64,000 nt of DNA, taken from the NCBI GenBank assembly GCA_045635885.1, contig JAZTWO010000077.1, positions 10,080 to 74,079 of the forward strand, written 5' to 3'. Origin of the DNA: Eubacteriales bacterium (GTDB taxonomy: Bacteria; Bacillota; Clostridia; Oscillospirales; CAG-272). The notes under the pieces were generated by a model. That model saw only the letters and a program-made list of their open reading frames with translations, was not told the DNA's origin and made no database searches. This document shows positions 1 through 10,418 of the stretch, in pieces. The position numbers and the translations under genes are program-made. Position 1 is the stretch's first letter. Each line of letters opens with the position of its first letter.

Positions 1-210
1 ATCGTGCTTTCTCACGGTTCTGTTGTGCTTAACGGCACTCGTGACGAGGTTTTTGCAGAGTCTGAAATGCTTGAGAAAATTGGACTTGCCGTGCCTGAGA
101 TAACTTTGCTTATGCACGAGCTTAACGCACGAGGAATTATTGTAAATAATGGAATTTATACTGAAGAAGCCGCTATTAAGGAAATAGCGAGCTTGTTGAA
201 AGGTAACTGA
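1..210 (+). CDS. ecfA2: ECF transporter ATPase, C-terminal fragment (5' end outside window)
   Basis: Frame open from base 1 (IVLSHGSVVLNGTRDEVF...LEKIGLAVP), typical EcfA2 tail; overlaps the ecfT start, followed by truA. Confidence 0.8.
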   Translation: MVLSHGSVVLNGTRDEVFAESEMLEKIGLAVPEITLLMHELNARGIIVNNGIYTEEAAIKEIASLLKGN

Positions 211-1034
211 TGAAGAATATAACTTTAGGACAGTATTATGCTGTAAATTCACCCATACACAAGCTTGACCCAAGAATCAAAATAGTGCTTGCAATGCTCT
301 ATATCGTTATTGTGTTCTTGTGCTCAAACGTGCTTTCAATGGCACTTTTGTTGGCCTCTGCCATCGTTATTGTGCTTATTTCAAACATACCGCTTAAGAT
401 AGTTATTAGATCTGTTAGACCGATTTTGTTTATTATCACTTTCACCGCAATTATAAACATTTTTTGGACAACGGGTGCAGGTGACCCATGGATTAACCTT
501 GGCTTTATTAAGGTTTATCAAGAAGGTATTATCAATGCCGCATTCCTTGTTGCAAGAATTTTTGTTCTTATTATCGGAAGCAGTATTCTTTTGACTTATA
601 CAACCACTCCCATTGCATTGACTGACGGTATTGAAAGATTGTTTTCTCCTCTTAAGAAAATTGGATTGCCCGTTCACGATTTTGCAATGATTATGACAAT
701 TGCTTTGCGTTTTATTCCCACTCTTATGGAAGAGGCGGAGAAGATTATGAGCGCACAAAAGGCAAGGGGCGCGGATTTTAGCAATGGCAATCTTTTGCAA
801 AAGGCAAAGGCGCTTATTCCCATTCTTATCCCCCTTTTCTCATCATCAATTCGCCACGCAATTGACTTAGCAACCGCCATGGAATGTCGCTGTTATAAGG
901 GTGGAGAGGGAAGAACAAGAATGAAGATTTTGAAATGCAAAACAAGTGATTTTGTGGCACTTGCAATTATTATTTTGTTTGGTGTTTCGGTTGTTTGCAT
1001 CAATATTTTTGTTGGCCCGTTTCTCCCATTCTAA
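210..1034 (+). CDS. ecfT: Energy-coupling factor transporter transmembrane component T
   Basis: GQY...SPIHKLDPRIK, ALRFIPTL, AQKARG and AMECRCY motifs; multiple TM segments. Confidence 0.95.
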   Translation: MKNITLGQYYAVNSPIHKLDPRIKIVLAMLYIVIVFLCSNVLSMALLLASAIVIVLISNIPLKIVIRSVRPILFIITFTAIINIFWTTGAGDPWINLGFIKVYQEGIINAAFLVARIFVLIIGSSILLTYTTTPIALTDGIERLFSPLKKIGLPVHDFAMIMTIALRFIPTLMEEAEKIMSAQKARGADFSNGNLLQKAKALIPILIPLFSSSIRHAIDLATAMECRCYKGGEGRTRMKILKCKTSDFVALAIIILFGVSVVCINIFVGPFLPF

Positions 1035-1045
1035 AGGAGTAAAAA

Positions 1046-1804
1046 ATGAAATTATTGCTTAAAATAAGCTTTGTTGGAACAAACTATAACGGATATCAGG
1101 TTCAACCCGACAAGCCAACCGTTCAACGTGAGTTGAATGAGGCGGCGATGCGAATTTTTGGCTTTGACTGTGACATTGTTGGTTGCAGCAGAACTGACAG
1201 CGGAGTGCATGCAAATGAATTTTTTGTGTGCGTTTCAAAAAAAGGCGAAAATGCGCTTGATTGTACCATTCCTATGGACAAAGTTCCACTTGCATTTAAT
1301 TCCGTTTTGCCCGACGATATTGCGGTTTTGAGTGCAAAAATGGTTGATGGTGAGTTCCATCCAAGATACGACGTAAAGCACAAGGAATATATTTATAAGA
1401 TTTGGAACAATCCGATTAAAAATCCTTTTTATGCGGACAGGGCTTATCACATTCCGCAGAATTATTCGGACGAGGTTGTTGACAAAATGAATGAGGCGGC
1501 GCAATTTTATTGTGGCAAGCACGATTTTGCCGCTTATATGGCGCAGGGCTCTAAAATTGTGGACACAAACCGTACTGTGATGTATGCACAGGTTTATCGT
1601 GAGGGTGATTTTATCATTTTCAAGGTTGCGGCAGATGGTTTTTTATACAATATGGTGCGCATTATGACGGGAACTTTGATTCTTGTTGCGCAGGGAAAAA
1701 TTTCACCCTGTGATATTGAAAAAATAACTGAAAGCAAAGATAGAAAAAATGCCGGCTCTACAGCGCCTGCATGCGGACTTTATCTTAACAAAGTAGAATA
1801 TTAA
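1046..1804 (+). CDS. truA: tRNA pseudouridine(38-40) synthase
   Basis: GCSRTDSGVHA catalytic motif, GFLYNMVR, TAPACGLYL. Confidence 0.97.
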   Translation: MKLLLKISFVGTNYNGYQVQPDKPTVQRELNEAAMRIFGFDCDIVGCSRTDSGVHANEFFVCVSKKGENALDCTIPMDKVPLAFNSVLPDDIAVLSAKMVDGEFHPRYDVKHKEYIYKIWNNPIKNPFYADRAYHIPQNYSDEVVDKMNEAAQFYCGKHDFAAYMAQGSKIVDTNRTVMYAQVYREGDFIIFKVAADGFLYNMVRIMTGTLILVAQGKISPCDIEKITESKDRKNAGSTAPACGLYLNKVEY

Positions 1805-1823
1805 TTTTAAAGGAGTTGGGAGA

Positions 1824-3044
1824 ATGAAATTCGATTTTGAAAATTCAATAGAAAAATTTAAATATGATCCCAATTCCGTAAAAAAGAATTACGACGGGAA
1901 AACTGATATTTATTTGGCAAAGGCAAGCTATCGCTATGCCTATATCAAAAGATTATTGTGTGTTGCTTTGGTATTTGTAATGGTGCTTTTCCTACTTTCA
2001 GGGGCACTTTCTTATGAGAAATTATACTATCTTGCAAAGGATATTAAATTGGCAAATGATTACGTTAATTCCGAGCATGACACGATTACTTACAACGTGG
2101 GCAATTCACAAACATTTGCCATTTATCGTGAGGGACTTGCCGTTGCCAGTCGTGAAAGATTTTCAATTTTTTCGTCAGGTGGCAGAGAATTGCTCTCTTT
2201 TGACCACAATTTAGGCAACCCCAAGCTTGCTTCAAGTGATAAATACGTTCTTTTATATGATGTGGGTGGCAAGCAATTTTCACTTTACAACTCTTTTTCA
2301 AAGGTTTATGACAAGACCCTTGATAATCCCATTTACGGTGCAAGTGTTTCTGAAAACGGAACTTATGCGATTATAACAAGCTCGCTTGACTATACCTCGA
2401 TTGTTAGTGTTTACAAGTCAAACGGCACAAAATACGATTATAATTTTGCGTCTGCAAGAGTTGTTTCAGTTTGCCTTTCTGAAAAGGGCAAGGATATGGC
2501 AGTTTTGCTTGCATATTCAAGTGGTGATGAAATTCGCTCTGAAATTCGTCTTTACCGCATTGGCAAGAATGATTATGAGAGCGAGAGCATAAGCTTTTCT
2601 GGTATTCCTTATGCGGTGCAAATTCTTTCGGGTGGCAATATTTTGGTTGTTGGAGCGAATGGCATTAATGCATTTAACTCAAATCTTAATCTTGTTGGCG
2701 AGTATTTTGCAAATGAGGAAATATATCTTTACAGTTTTGGGGAAGATAGTATAGCGATATCCTATTTTTCAAGTGAAAGTGGCAAAACTGACGTGCTTGT
2801 GTTAAACAAACGAGGCAAGCTTGAAAACGAAATTGAGTTTAACGAAAGAATTATTGATATTGCCCTTTGTGATGGATATATTTTCGTTCAAAAAATTGGT
2901 GGCTTTGAAAGAATTAATCTTTCAAATGAAAAGTCGGTTCAAATTGACTATATTGCTTTGGGTTATAAAATGATAGTTGGCGACAAAAAAACACTCATTA
3001 TTTGTGCGGATTCACACGCAAAATACTTAGACTTTGGAAAATAA
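1824..3044 (+). CDS. Membrane-anchored beta-propeller protein (DUF5711-like)
   Basis: One N-terminal TM helix then ~40-aa beta-rich repeats (LYDVGGK, ASVSENG); family name from recall. Confidence 0.6.
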   Translation: MKFDFENSIEKFKYDPNSVKKNYDGKTDIYLAKASYRYAYIKRLLCVALVFVMVLFLLSGALSYEKLYYLAKDIKLANDYVNSEHDTITYNVGNSQTFAIYREGLAVASRERFSIFSSGGRELLSFDHNLGNPKLASSDKYVLLYDVGGKQFSLYNSFSKVYDKTLDNPIYGASVSENGTYAIITSSLDYTSIVSVYKSNGTKYDYNFASARVVSVCLSEKGKDMAVLLAYSSGDEIRSEIRLYRIGKNDYESESISFSGIPYAVQILSGGNILVVGANGINAFNSNLNLVGEYFANEEIYLYSFGEDSIAISYFSSESGKTDVLVLNKRGKLENEIEFNERIIDIALCDGYIFVQKIGGFERINLSNEKSVQIDYIALGYKMIVGDKKTLIICADSHAKYLDFGK

Positions 3045-3087
3045 GACCTATTTTTATCCATAAAAAATTATTATATTGGAGGAAATT

Positions 3088-3756
3088 ATGGTAACTTTGA
3101 AAATATTGATTGACGTGATTTTGGCGTTGATTATTGCTTTTTTGGTGTTTTTGGGTGTTAAAAGGGGATTTGTTAAATCCTTTTTCAAAAGCACAAAAAT
3201 GTTTTTTGTAATTCTTGTTACAATTTTAATTGGCTCTTTTCTTGCAGGTATGTGCAAAACTGCATTTATTAATGATGCTTTTGATGGGGTGATTGCCAAC
3301 AATATGGTTGAATATGCAGAAAATCTTGATGGCAAGTTTGATGCAAATTCGATTGAAGAAAGCATTCCAACCTTTGTTCAAAACATTGTTTCTATGGAAG
3401 AAATTAAGGCATATTCCGAAACTCTTTCTGGAAACAACACCGAGGTTGCAAGGGCTGTTGGAGAAAAGATTGAAAACTCTGTTATTAATATCGTTGCTAA
3501 CGTAACAGGATACGTTATGGCATTTGTTATTTCGTTTATTTTCTGCACGATAGCAATTAAAATTATCGAAAAATTTTGGGAGCTTCCTGCACTTGGTTGG
3601 ATTAACCATCTTAGCGGAATTCTTTGGGGAGTTGCCAACTCATATATTGTAACAAGCTTTTTAGTTTGCGTTGTTGCATTGGCTTTTGGAAGTGAGTTTA
3701 TTGATAATACTGCACTTGCAAAGCTCATTTATAAAATTGGATTATTTACTTTTTAA
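3088..3756 (+). CDS. CvpA (colicin V production)-family membrane protein
   Basis: IDVILALII...GVKRGFVKS and WINHLSGILWG motifs; ATG 3088 follows GGAGG. Confidence 0.75.
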   Translation: MVTLKILIDVILALIIAFLVFLGVKRGFVKSFFKSTKMFFVILVTILIGSFLAGMCKTAFINDAFDGVIANNMVEYAENLDGKFDANSIEESIPTFVQNIVSMEEIKAYSETLSGNNTEVARAVGEKIENSVINIVANVTGYVMAFVISFIFCTIAIKIIEKFWELPALGWINHLSGILWGVANSYIVTSFLVCVVALAFGSEFIDNTALAKLIYKIGLFTF

Positions 3757-3783
3757 TTTTTTGTAATACCGAGGAGGTATTTT

Positions 3784-6084
3784 ATGTTGATGTGTTCAAG
3801 ATGCCATAAAAGAATGGCAGTTGTGTTTATAACCAAGCTTGAAAACGGTGAAAAGAAGAACGAGGGAATTTGCATTACTTGTGCAAAGGAGCTTGGTATT
3901 CCGCTTGATAATATGCTTGGTGATATGATGAATAAGCTTGGCATTTCATCCGAAGAGCTTGCAGGCATGGAAGATGATATGGCAAAATTGATGGAGGATG
4001 GTGGAAATCTTCCTGCTATGATGGAAGATAGTGACGACAGTGAGGCGACCACCCCTGCAATTGACCTTCAAAAGCTTTTTGGTGGCAACGTTGCCAACCA
4101 CTCAAACAAAGAGGGGGCAAAGGCGCACAAAGAGGAAAAGCAAAAGGAAAAAAGCAGAAAGTTTCTTGATTCCTATTGCAAAAACCTTAATGCAGAGGCG
4201 ATTTCGGGCAAGCTTGACTCCATAGTTGGCAGAGAAAAGGAGCTTGCAAGAGTTATTCAAATTCTTTCAAGACGTCAAAAGAACAATCCCTGCCTTATTG
4301 GTGAGCCGGGTGTTGGTAAAACTGCGATTGCAGAAGCTTTGGCGCAGAAAATTGTTAGAGGTGACGTTCCTTACAAGTTAAGAAACAAGGAATTGCACTT
4401 GCTTGATTTGACTGCCCTTGTTGCAGGCACACAGTTCAGAGGTCAGTATGAAAGCCGTTTGCTTGGACTTCTTAAAGAGGTTAAAGAAGCCGGCAATATC
4501 ATTCTTGTTATTGATGAAGTTCATAATATTGTTGGTGCAGGAAACAGCGAGGGTAGTGTTAGCACCGCCAATATGTTAAAGCCCGCACTTTCCCGTGGGG
4601 AAATTCAGGTGATTGGTGCTACAACACTAACTGAATATAGAAAGTATATTGAAAAGGATTCTGCGCTTGAGCGTCGCTTCCAGCCTGTTAAGGTTGAAGA
4701 ACCGTCCGTTGAAGAAACCCTTGAAATGCTTAAGGGAATCAAGCATTATTACGAATCCTTCCATCAGATAAAAATCCCAGACGATATTCTTCGCAGCGCA
4801 GTTGTGCTTTCTGAAAGATACATTACCGACAGATATTTGCCCGACAAGGCAATTGACCTTCTTGACGAGGCGGCGGCAAATCTTTCACTTAATTCTGCTT
4901 CACTTAACAGAAGCATTGAAATCAGAGAGCAGCTTTTGGCGATTAAGAAGGACAGAGAGGCGCTTGAGGCAACTCCGCCCGATTCCCCCGACAATGCCGA
5001 TGCTTATGAAAAGATTGCTAAACTTAAATCTAAAGAAATTAAACTTGCAGACGAGTTGAAGTCACTTGAGGGTGAATGCGAAAGCATTGTTCTTACCTAT
5101 GCCGAGCTTGCAGACGTTGTTGAGGTTTGGACGGGTGTTCCTGCCTTGACTGTTAGTGCAAATGAATATGAGCAGATTGACAAGCTTGAGGAACGTCTTA
5201 AGACTCATATTATCGGTCAGGATAAAGCGATAAGCTCAATTTGTCGTGCAATTAAGCGAAACAGAGCAGGTATTTCTTACAAGAGAAAGCCCGTTTCGTT
5301 CATTTTTGCAGGCCCGACGGGTGTTGGTAAAACCGAGCTTGTTAAGCAGCTTGCAAATGACCTTTTCCACTCCCCAGAAACACTTATTCGCCTTGATATG
5401 AGTGAGTTTATGGAGAAGCACTCCGTATCTAAAATTATTGGAGCGCCTCCCGGATACGTTGGCTATGACGAGGCAGGGCAGCTTACGGAAAAGATTAGAA
5501 GAAGACCTTATTCCGTTATTCTTTTTGACGAGATTGAAAAGGCGCATCCCGACGTTTTGAACGTGCTTTTGCAAATTCTTGATGATGGCAGAGTGACTGA
5601 CGCACAGGGCAGAACTATCAATTTTGAAAACACGATTTTGGTGATGACTACAAACGCAGGTTCAACCAATTCCTCAGGACGCGCGGGCTTTGCTGCCGCA
5701 GATAATATTTCCGCCGAGGAAGCGCGCACAATGAAGGCACTTGAGGGCTTTCTTCGTCCTGAATTTATCAATCGTGTTGACGAGATTATTACTTTTAATT
5801 CTCTCACGGAAGAAAACTTTGAAAAGATTGCAGAAATTATGCTTGGAGAACTCAAAATGGCTCTTAATGAGAAGGGAATTGAGCTTTCTTATACCTCTGC
5901 GGTGCTTAAGCACGTTGGCGAAAAGTCATATTCTGCAAAATTTGGCGCAAGAAACATGAGAAGATTTATTCAAGCTCATATTGAAGATGCCATTGCTGAA
6001 AAGGTGATTGCCGACTACAATCGCACAATTTCAAAGGTGCATTTAAACATCAGCGGCGGCGAAATTGTGGTTAGTTGTATGTAA
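3784..6084 (+). CDS. ATP-dependent Clp protease ATP-binding subunit (ClpC/ClpE-like, N-terminal CxxC...CxxC)
   Basis: Two AAA+ modules ([16 protein letters not shown]), [20 protein letters not shown]-terminal CSRC/CITC. Confidence 0.93.
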   Translation: MLMCSRCHKRMAVVFITKLENGEKKNEGICITCAKELGIPLDNMLGDMMNKLGISSEELAGMEDDMAKLMEDGGNLPAMMEDSDDSEATTPAIDLQKLFGGNVANHSNKEGAKAHKEEKQKEKSRKFLDSYCKNLNAEAISGKLDSIVGREKELARVIQILSRRQKNNPCLIGEPGVGKTAIAEALAQKIVRGDVPYKLRNKELHLLDLTALVAGTQFRGQYESRLLGLLKEVKEAGNIILVIDEVHNIVGAGNSEGSVSTANMLKPALSRGEIQVIGATTLTEYRKYIEKDSALERRFQPVKVEEPSVEETLEMLKGIKHYYESFHQIKIPDDILRSAVVLSERYITDRYLPDKAIDLLDEAAANLSLNSASLNRSIEIREQLLAIKKDREALEATPPDSPDNADAYEKIAKLKSKEIKLADELKSLEGECESIVLTYAELADVVEVWTGVPALTVSANEYEQIDKLEERLKTHIIGQDKAISSICRAIKRNRAGISYKRKPVSFIFAGPTGVGKTELVKQLANDLFHSPETLIRLDMSEFMEKHSVSKIIGAPPGYVGYDEAGQLTEKIRRRPYSVILFDEIEKAHPDVLNVLLQILDDGRVTDAQGRTINFENTILVMTTNAGSTNSSGRAGFAAADNISAEEARTMKALEGFLRPEFINRVDEIITFNSLTEENFEKIAEIMLGELKMALNEKGIELSYTSAVLKHVGEKSYSAKFGARNMRRFIQAHIEDAIAEKVIADYNRTISKVHLNISGGEIVVSCM

Positions 6085-6098
6085 AAAATTAAATAAAT

Positions 6099-6135
6099 GG
6101 ACAGAGAACGTGAATCGCTCTCTGTCCTTATTTAT
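6099..6135 (+). terminator. Intrinsic terminator after clp gene
   Basis: GGACAGAG/CTCTGTCC stem followed by TTATTT. Confidence 0.7.
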
Positions 6136-6147
6136 TAATAAATTCTA

Positions 6148-6176
6148 TTGACAAGTTTTTTTCCTTGTGTTACTAT
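6148..6176 (+). promoter_or_regulatory. SigA-type promoter for lipoprotein pair
   Basis: TTGACA-17bp-TACTAT with TGn extension. Confidence 0.75.
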
Positions 6177-6287
6177 ATTAATATAGATAATACAGATTTG
6201 CAAATGATACGGAAAGTAGAGATTATATGTCGAAGTTTTCTTTTTCAAAGTGTGATGTATTATTGATTAATTTGTGGAGGGAAAAAT

Positions 6288-7100
6288 ATGAGAAAAACAA
6301 AAATTATTTTATTGGTTTCATTGATTGTGGCTTTGATTTCGGTTTTTTGCTCGTGCCGTTGCTATCCAAATATGTTTGAATGGAATATCAGCAGTGTAAA
6401 GACAAGTGTGAATCTTTCTAATGGCAATACAATAAGGCTTTCCATTCCCAGAATGTATTCTGAACTAAATCCGCTTGTGGTTCATCAAGGAATGACTCAT
6501 ATAGAAATTAAATGGAACAACAAGGTTATATTTAAACCATATGGCTCGAATGAAGAGCTCAAGGGAACTTATAAGGTTGATCATCACGGTGAATATAGAA
6601 CTTCTTTTACAATAACGTTTGAAAATGGCGAAAAAACTGAAAATGGAAAAGTGGCAACTCATGCATTAAATGTTGTTGGCGGAAATCCTTTTGGGGCGTA
6701 TATGGAATTTGAATTTCGTGGTATGCACTATAGCTTTTGTGCCGGCTATGAGGACGATTCCCGAACTGAAAAAGAATCACAAGAGGAGCTTGAAGAATTT
6801 ATTTTGAATTTGAGAAGTGGTAATTATACTTCCTTACAAGAGGGAAATATTGTAAAAACAAGTTCCGGCACTAGAATTTATGCGGATTTCTTATATTGCG
6901 AAAGAGAATATGATGATCTTTATAGAGATGATTTGATAGTTTTTGCCGTGAAGATTACTGCAGATAATCAGTTAATTATTCTTGATGATATTGAGCCGGG
7001 AGAGTGCATGTTTGTACATTATGTTTATTGGGATAATGAATATAGTTCAGAAAAAATCCGAGAGGCATATGTAATTTACTATATTGAACCATTATCTTGA
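6288..7100 (+). CDS. Hypothetical lipoprotein
   Basis: GGAGG RBS; basic N-terminus, hydrophobic stretch, then Cys (VFCSC); no family recognised. Confidence 0.7.
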   Translation: MRKTKIILLVSLIVALISVFCSCRCYPNMFEWNISSVKTSVNLSNGNTIRLSIPRMYSELNPLVVHQGMTHIEIKWNNKVIFKPYGSNEELKGTYKVDHHGEYRTSFTITFENGEKTENGKVATHALNVVGGNPFGAYMEFEFRGMHYSFCAGYEDDSRTEKESQEELEEFILNLRSGNYTSLQEGNIVKTSSGTRIYADFLYCEREYDDLYRDDLIVFAVKITADNQLIILDDIEPGECMFVHYVYWDNEYSSEKIREAYVIYYIEPLS

Positions 7101-7134
7101 TGTAAAAAATATTTGATTTAAAAGGAGATTTATT

Positions 7135-7674
7135 ATGAAAAAATTAATTGCACTAATGCTTTTGATATGTACATTTACATTCTTGCTTTCCTCTTGCGGA
7201 GGCAACAAAAAAGTGACAATTGAAAAGCCCGAAGATACTAGTCTTGAAAGGTGGTTGTTTGAAAAGCCGGATACAGAGAATTGGACCGAGATAGAATCAA
7301 ATTATTGGGAAAGAAGTTATTTGGCACCAGGATACGAATTAGTGGTAGGAGATCAAGGATATAAAGAAAATTGTGTTATTTACGGAACTGCGAGATTTCC
7401 CCTTTATGAATTAGGAGTTCATAAAATTATAGGTATTTATATAAGTGATCCTGAAGTTACTTTGTGGGGTTTAACTATGAATTCTACTCATGAGCAATCT
7501 ATGGAAGTTATGACTAAACTTGGATTTGTTGAGGTGATTTATCAAAAAGATCTAGGACGCTCTTTATATGAAAATGGGAAGTTTAGGCTTGAGATAATAG
7601 AGGGAAAATTCATGAAAATTTTTTACTATCCTACAAGTATTATAAATGAAATTGCTATAAGAGTTTGGGGATAG
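7135..7674 (+). CDS. Hypothetical lipoprotein
   Basis: AAGGAG RBS; MKK + hydrophobic + LLSSC lipobox. Confidence 0.75.
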   Translation: MKKLIALMLLICTFTFLLSSCGGNKKVTIEKPEDTSLERWLFEKPDTENWTEIESNYWERSYLAPGYELVVGDQGYKENCVIYGTARFPLYELGVHKIIGIYISDPEVTLWGLTMNSTHEQSMEVMTKLGFVEVIYQKDLGRSLYENGKFRLEIIEGKFMKIFYYPTSIINEIAIRVWG

Positions 7675-7700
7675 ATTAACTAACAAAATTAAAAATGTCA

Positions 7701-7730
7701 AAAAACTCCCTTTTAGTAAAGGGAGTTTTT
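7701..7730. terminator. Bidirectional intrinsic terminator
   Basis: AAAAACTCCCTTT/AAAGGGAGTTTTT between convergent genes. Confidence 0.85.
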
Positions 7731-8603
7731 TTATATGCTTTTAAAAACTTCGGGAAGGGCATTGATTATGTCGCTTGCCATAAGGGAATATTGTGTGAGT
7801 TTTTCGCTTGCGAGGTCGCCTGCGAGTCCGTGGATATACACACCTAAGGTTGCCGCAACGTAAGGGGTACACCCTTGAGCTAAAAGGGATGCGATTACTC
7901 CGTCAAGCACGTCGCCCGATCCCCCCGTACTCATTCCGCTATTGCCACTTTGGTTGATATAAATGCTATCGGAACATGGCTTTGCAACTGCGGTATTATG
8001 GTCTTTAAGAACGCAAATCAAACCATTTTTATTTGCAAAATTTTGCGCAAAATTTGGAATGTTTTCGGTTATTTTTGTCACTTCAATGCCCGAAATTCTT
8101 GACATTTCAAGTGGGTGGGGAGTGATGATTGCATCATTTTTTGCAAGCTTGATTAGGTCGCTGTTTTTAGCAATTAAATTAAGTGCGTCCGCATCAATTA
8201 CGATGGGGCAGTTGCGTTTTTGAAGTGTAAATTTCAAAATTTCAAGTGCATCATCACTTGTTGAAAGTCCCATTCCTATAGCGATAACGTCGGCTTTTTT
8301 GATTGAATTTTCAAGCTTTTCAAAATCAATTTTGTCGCCCCAAGTTGACAAAACCGCCTCAGGAATAAGGGTTTGCAAAATTACTCTATTTTCTTCGTGA
8401 GAAAATATTTCAACAAGTCCACAACCTGTGCGATAAGCCGCTGTGGCACTGAAATACGGAGCACCTGCCATACAGGGTGAGCCGCCGATTATAAGCACCT
8501 TTCCACAACTGCCTTTATTGGAGTTTTCTTCTCGTTTGGGGAGCAATTTCGCAAGGTCATTTTGTGAATATGAAAAATTATTCATTGTCATTTTCCTCGT
8601 CAT
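7731..8603 (-). CDS. nnrD: ADP-dependent NAD(P)H-hydrate dehydratase
   Basis: NKGSCGKVLIIGGS, DADALN, TPHPLEM, GGSGDVL; true start may be a downstream Met. Confidence 0.92.
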   Translation of the reverse strand: MTRKMTMNNFSYSQNDLAKLLPKREENSNKGSCGKVLIIGGSPCMAGAPYFSATAAYRTGCGLVEIFSHEENRVILQTLIPEAVLSTWGDKIDFEKLENSIKKADVIAIGMGLSTSDDALEILKFTLQKRNCPIVIDADALNLIAKNSDLIKLAKNDAIITPHPLEMSRISGIEVTKITENIPNFAQNFANKNGLICVLKDHNTAVAKPCSDSIYINQSGNSGMSTGGSGDVLDGVIASLLAQGCTPYVAATLGVYIHGLAGDLASEKLTQYSLMASDIINALPEVFKSI

Positions 8604-9348
8604 ATTCTTTAATTCCGTTCATTGTGCTTGCAACCTTAAAGCCGTCAATTTCGCCACGTTGCATAGCACCGAAAATGCGATAGCGAAGACCTTTATGTTG
8701 TTTATCAAGCTCGTGAAGGAGCTGCTTCATCTCCTCGCGCTCGGTGTTGCCATCGGCAGGGCAGGTTGATTTTACAACGGGTAATTCCGCCTTTTCTGCA
8801 AACTGACGAACACTCTTTTCACTTGCGTAAAGCAAGGGTCTAATCATTGTCAAATCAATTCTTGAAAGGTACGTTATGGGTGAGAAGCAACCTATTCTGC
8901 CCTCGAAAAAGAGATTGAGCATAAAGGTTTCAATTGCGTCATCAAAGTGGTGACCAAGTGCAACTTTATTGCATCCAAGCTCCTTTGCAGTATTATAAAG
9001 CACTCCACGGCGCATCTTTGCACAAAGAGAGCAGGGGCTTGTTTCTTTTCTTTCTTCAAAAATAATTTGGTAAATTTGAGTTGGCACAACGTGGTATTTT
9101 ACGTCAAGCTTATCACAAAGCGTCTGAATGCCCTCAAAGGTTGTGTTCGGGAAGCCCATGTCAACTGTGATGGCGATAAGCTCATACTTTTTGGGGTAAA
9201 ATCTGCGCATTTCCGCAAGTGCGTAGAGAAGTGCCAATGAATCCTTGCCGGCAGAAACACCAACGGCAATTTTGTCACCCTCTTCAATCATTTGATAGTC
9301 GTCAACGGCACGTCTTGTATAGCTTAAAATTCGTTTTAATTCTTTCAT
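8578..9348 (-). CDS. ttcA: tRNA 2-thiocytidine(32) synthetase TtcA family
   Basis: PP-loop SAGKDS, CSLC, GHHFDD, CPAD. Confidence 0.9.
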   Translation of the reverse strand: MKELKRILSYTRRAVDDYQMIEEGDKIAVGVSAGKDSLALLYALAEMRRFYPKKYELIAITVDMGFPNTTFEGIQTLCDKLDVKYHVVPTQIYQIIFEERKETSPCSLCAKMRRGVLYNTAKELGCNKVALGHHFDDAIETFMLNLFFEGRIGCFSPITYLSRIDLTMIRPLLYASEKSVRQFAEKAELPVVKSTCPADGNTEREEMKQLLHELDKQHKGLRYRIFGAMQRGEIDGFKVASTMNGIKEYDEENDNE

Positions 9349-10097
9349 TGAAAATTACATTCCTCGTATATCTTTTTTGCTCTTTCGGTGAGTGTTTTGG
9401 GATCATTATCAAGGTTTAAAAACAGTGGCTCAAGCACTTTTGTGGAGGAAGCCGCACCCTTTTTTGCCTTTATAAGTACAATTGATGGCTCACTTTTTGT
9501 GTTGGCGTGAACAAAGCACATCTCTTTGGGTTCGAGATTATTTTCTCGCATGGCGCAAATTAGGTCAACGAGTCTATCGGGACGCCACACGCAATAGAAA
9601 AAGCCACCGTGCTTTAAAAGTCTCTTTGCGCAGGCACAAAAATCACCAATATCACCGCAAACCTCGTGTCGAGCTATGTATTTTTCATCATAATCGTTGC
9701 GTTTTCCGGAATCTACTTTCATATAGGGCGGATTGGAAAAAACCGCATCGACTTCGCAACCGACGGTAGCGCTTTTGATGTTTCTGACGTCATCGAAAAT
9801 TGGCACTATTTTATCCTCAAGATTATTCAATTTTGCGTTTCGCTGTATAATTTCGGCAAAATTTTGTTGGATTTCTGCGCAATAAATTGTTTTGAATTTT
9901 TCACGGGATGCGCAGAGCAGAGAGATGATACCTGTTCCACCACCAAGTTCAACTGCCACTGAGTTTTTTTGCGCCTTGATAAAAGAGGCAAGCAAAAAAG
10001 CATCTGTGCCAAAGGTCAATCCGTTTTTCTTTTGTATCAATTCTATATTTTCGTTGACTTTTGTCAAAGTTTCGTTATCTAATAAATTGTAGTTCAT
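9345..10097 (-). CDS. tRNA1(Val) (adenine37-N6)-methyltransferase family
   Basis: FGTDAFLL, ELGGGTG SAM motif, NPPY, ARHE. Confidence 0.88.
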   Translation of the reverse strand: MNYNLLDNETLTKVNENIELIQKKNGLTFGTDAFLLASFIKAQKNSVAVELGGGTGIISLLCASREKFKTIYCAEIQQNFAEIIQRNAKLNNLEDKIVPIFDDVRNIKSATVGCEVDAVFSNPPYMKVDSGKRNDYDEKYIARHEVCGDIGDFCACAKRLLKHGGFFYCVWRPDRLVDLICAMRENNLEPKEMCFVHANTKSEPSIVLIKAKKGAASSTKVLEPLFLNLDNDPKTLTERAKKIYEECNFQ

Positions 10098-10112
10098 ATT
10101 ACCTCATTAAAG

Positions 10113-10141
10113 AAAAACACGGAGCAGGAAATCTGCTCCGT
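10113..10141 (-). terminator. Terminator after ferredoxin
   Basis: ACGGAGCAG/CTGCTCCGT stem with T-tract on the minus strand. Confidence 0.7.
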
Positions 10142-10160
10142 ATCTTTTAGGTGTGATGGA

Positions 10161-10331
10161 TTATTCCTGAACGGGAGCTCCTACAGGGCAAACGTCAGCG
10201 CAAGCACCGCACTCAGCGCATGCATCAGGATCAATTACATACATACCGTCACCTTCGGAAATAGCTCCGCAGGGGCAAGCGTCACAGCAAGCACCGCAAG
10301 CGATGCAAGCGTCAGTAATCTTATAAGCCAT
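10161..10331 (-). CDS. 2[4Fe-4S] clostridial-type ferredoxin
   Basis: MAYKITDACIACGAC...CPCG and CAECGAC...CPVGAP; GGAGG RBS before ATG 10331. Confidence 0.96.
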   Translation of the reverse strand: MAYKITDACIACGACCDACPCGAISEGDGMYVIDPDACAECGACADVCPVGAPVQE

Positions 10332-10418
10332 GATTAATACCTCCAATTAGTATTGATAAATCATTATATCACATTTCGACAGTAAAAAGCAAGGGGTTTT
10401 AGAAAATTAATTGATTTT

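Noticed and set aside
6180..6287. T-box or riboswitch leader
   Set aside because: ATGATACGGAAAGTAG faintly resembles a T-box start, but there is no TGGNACC box or terminator
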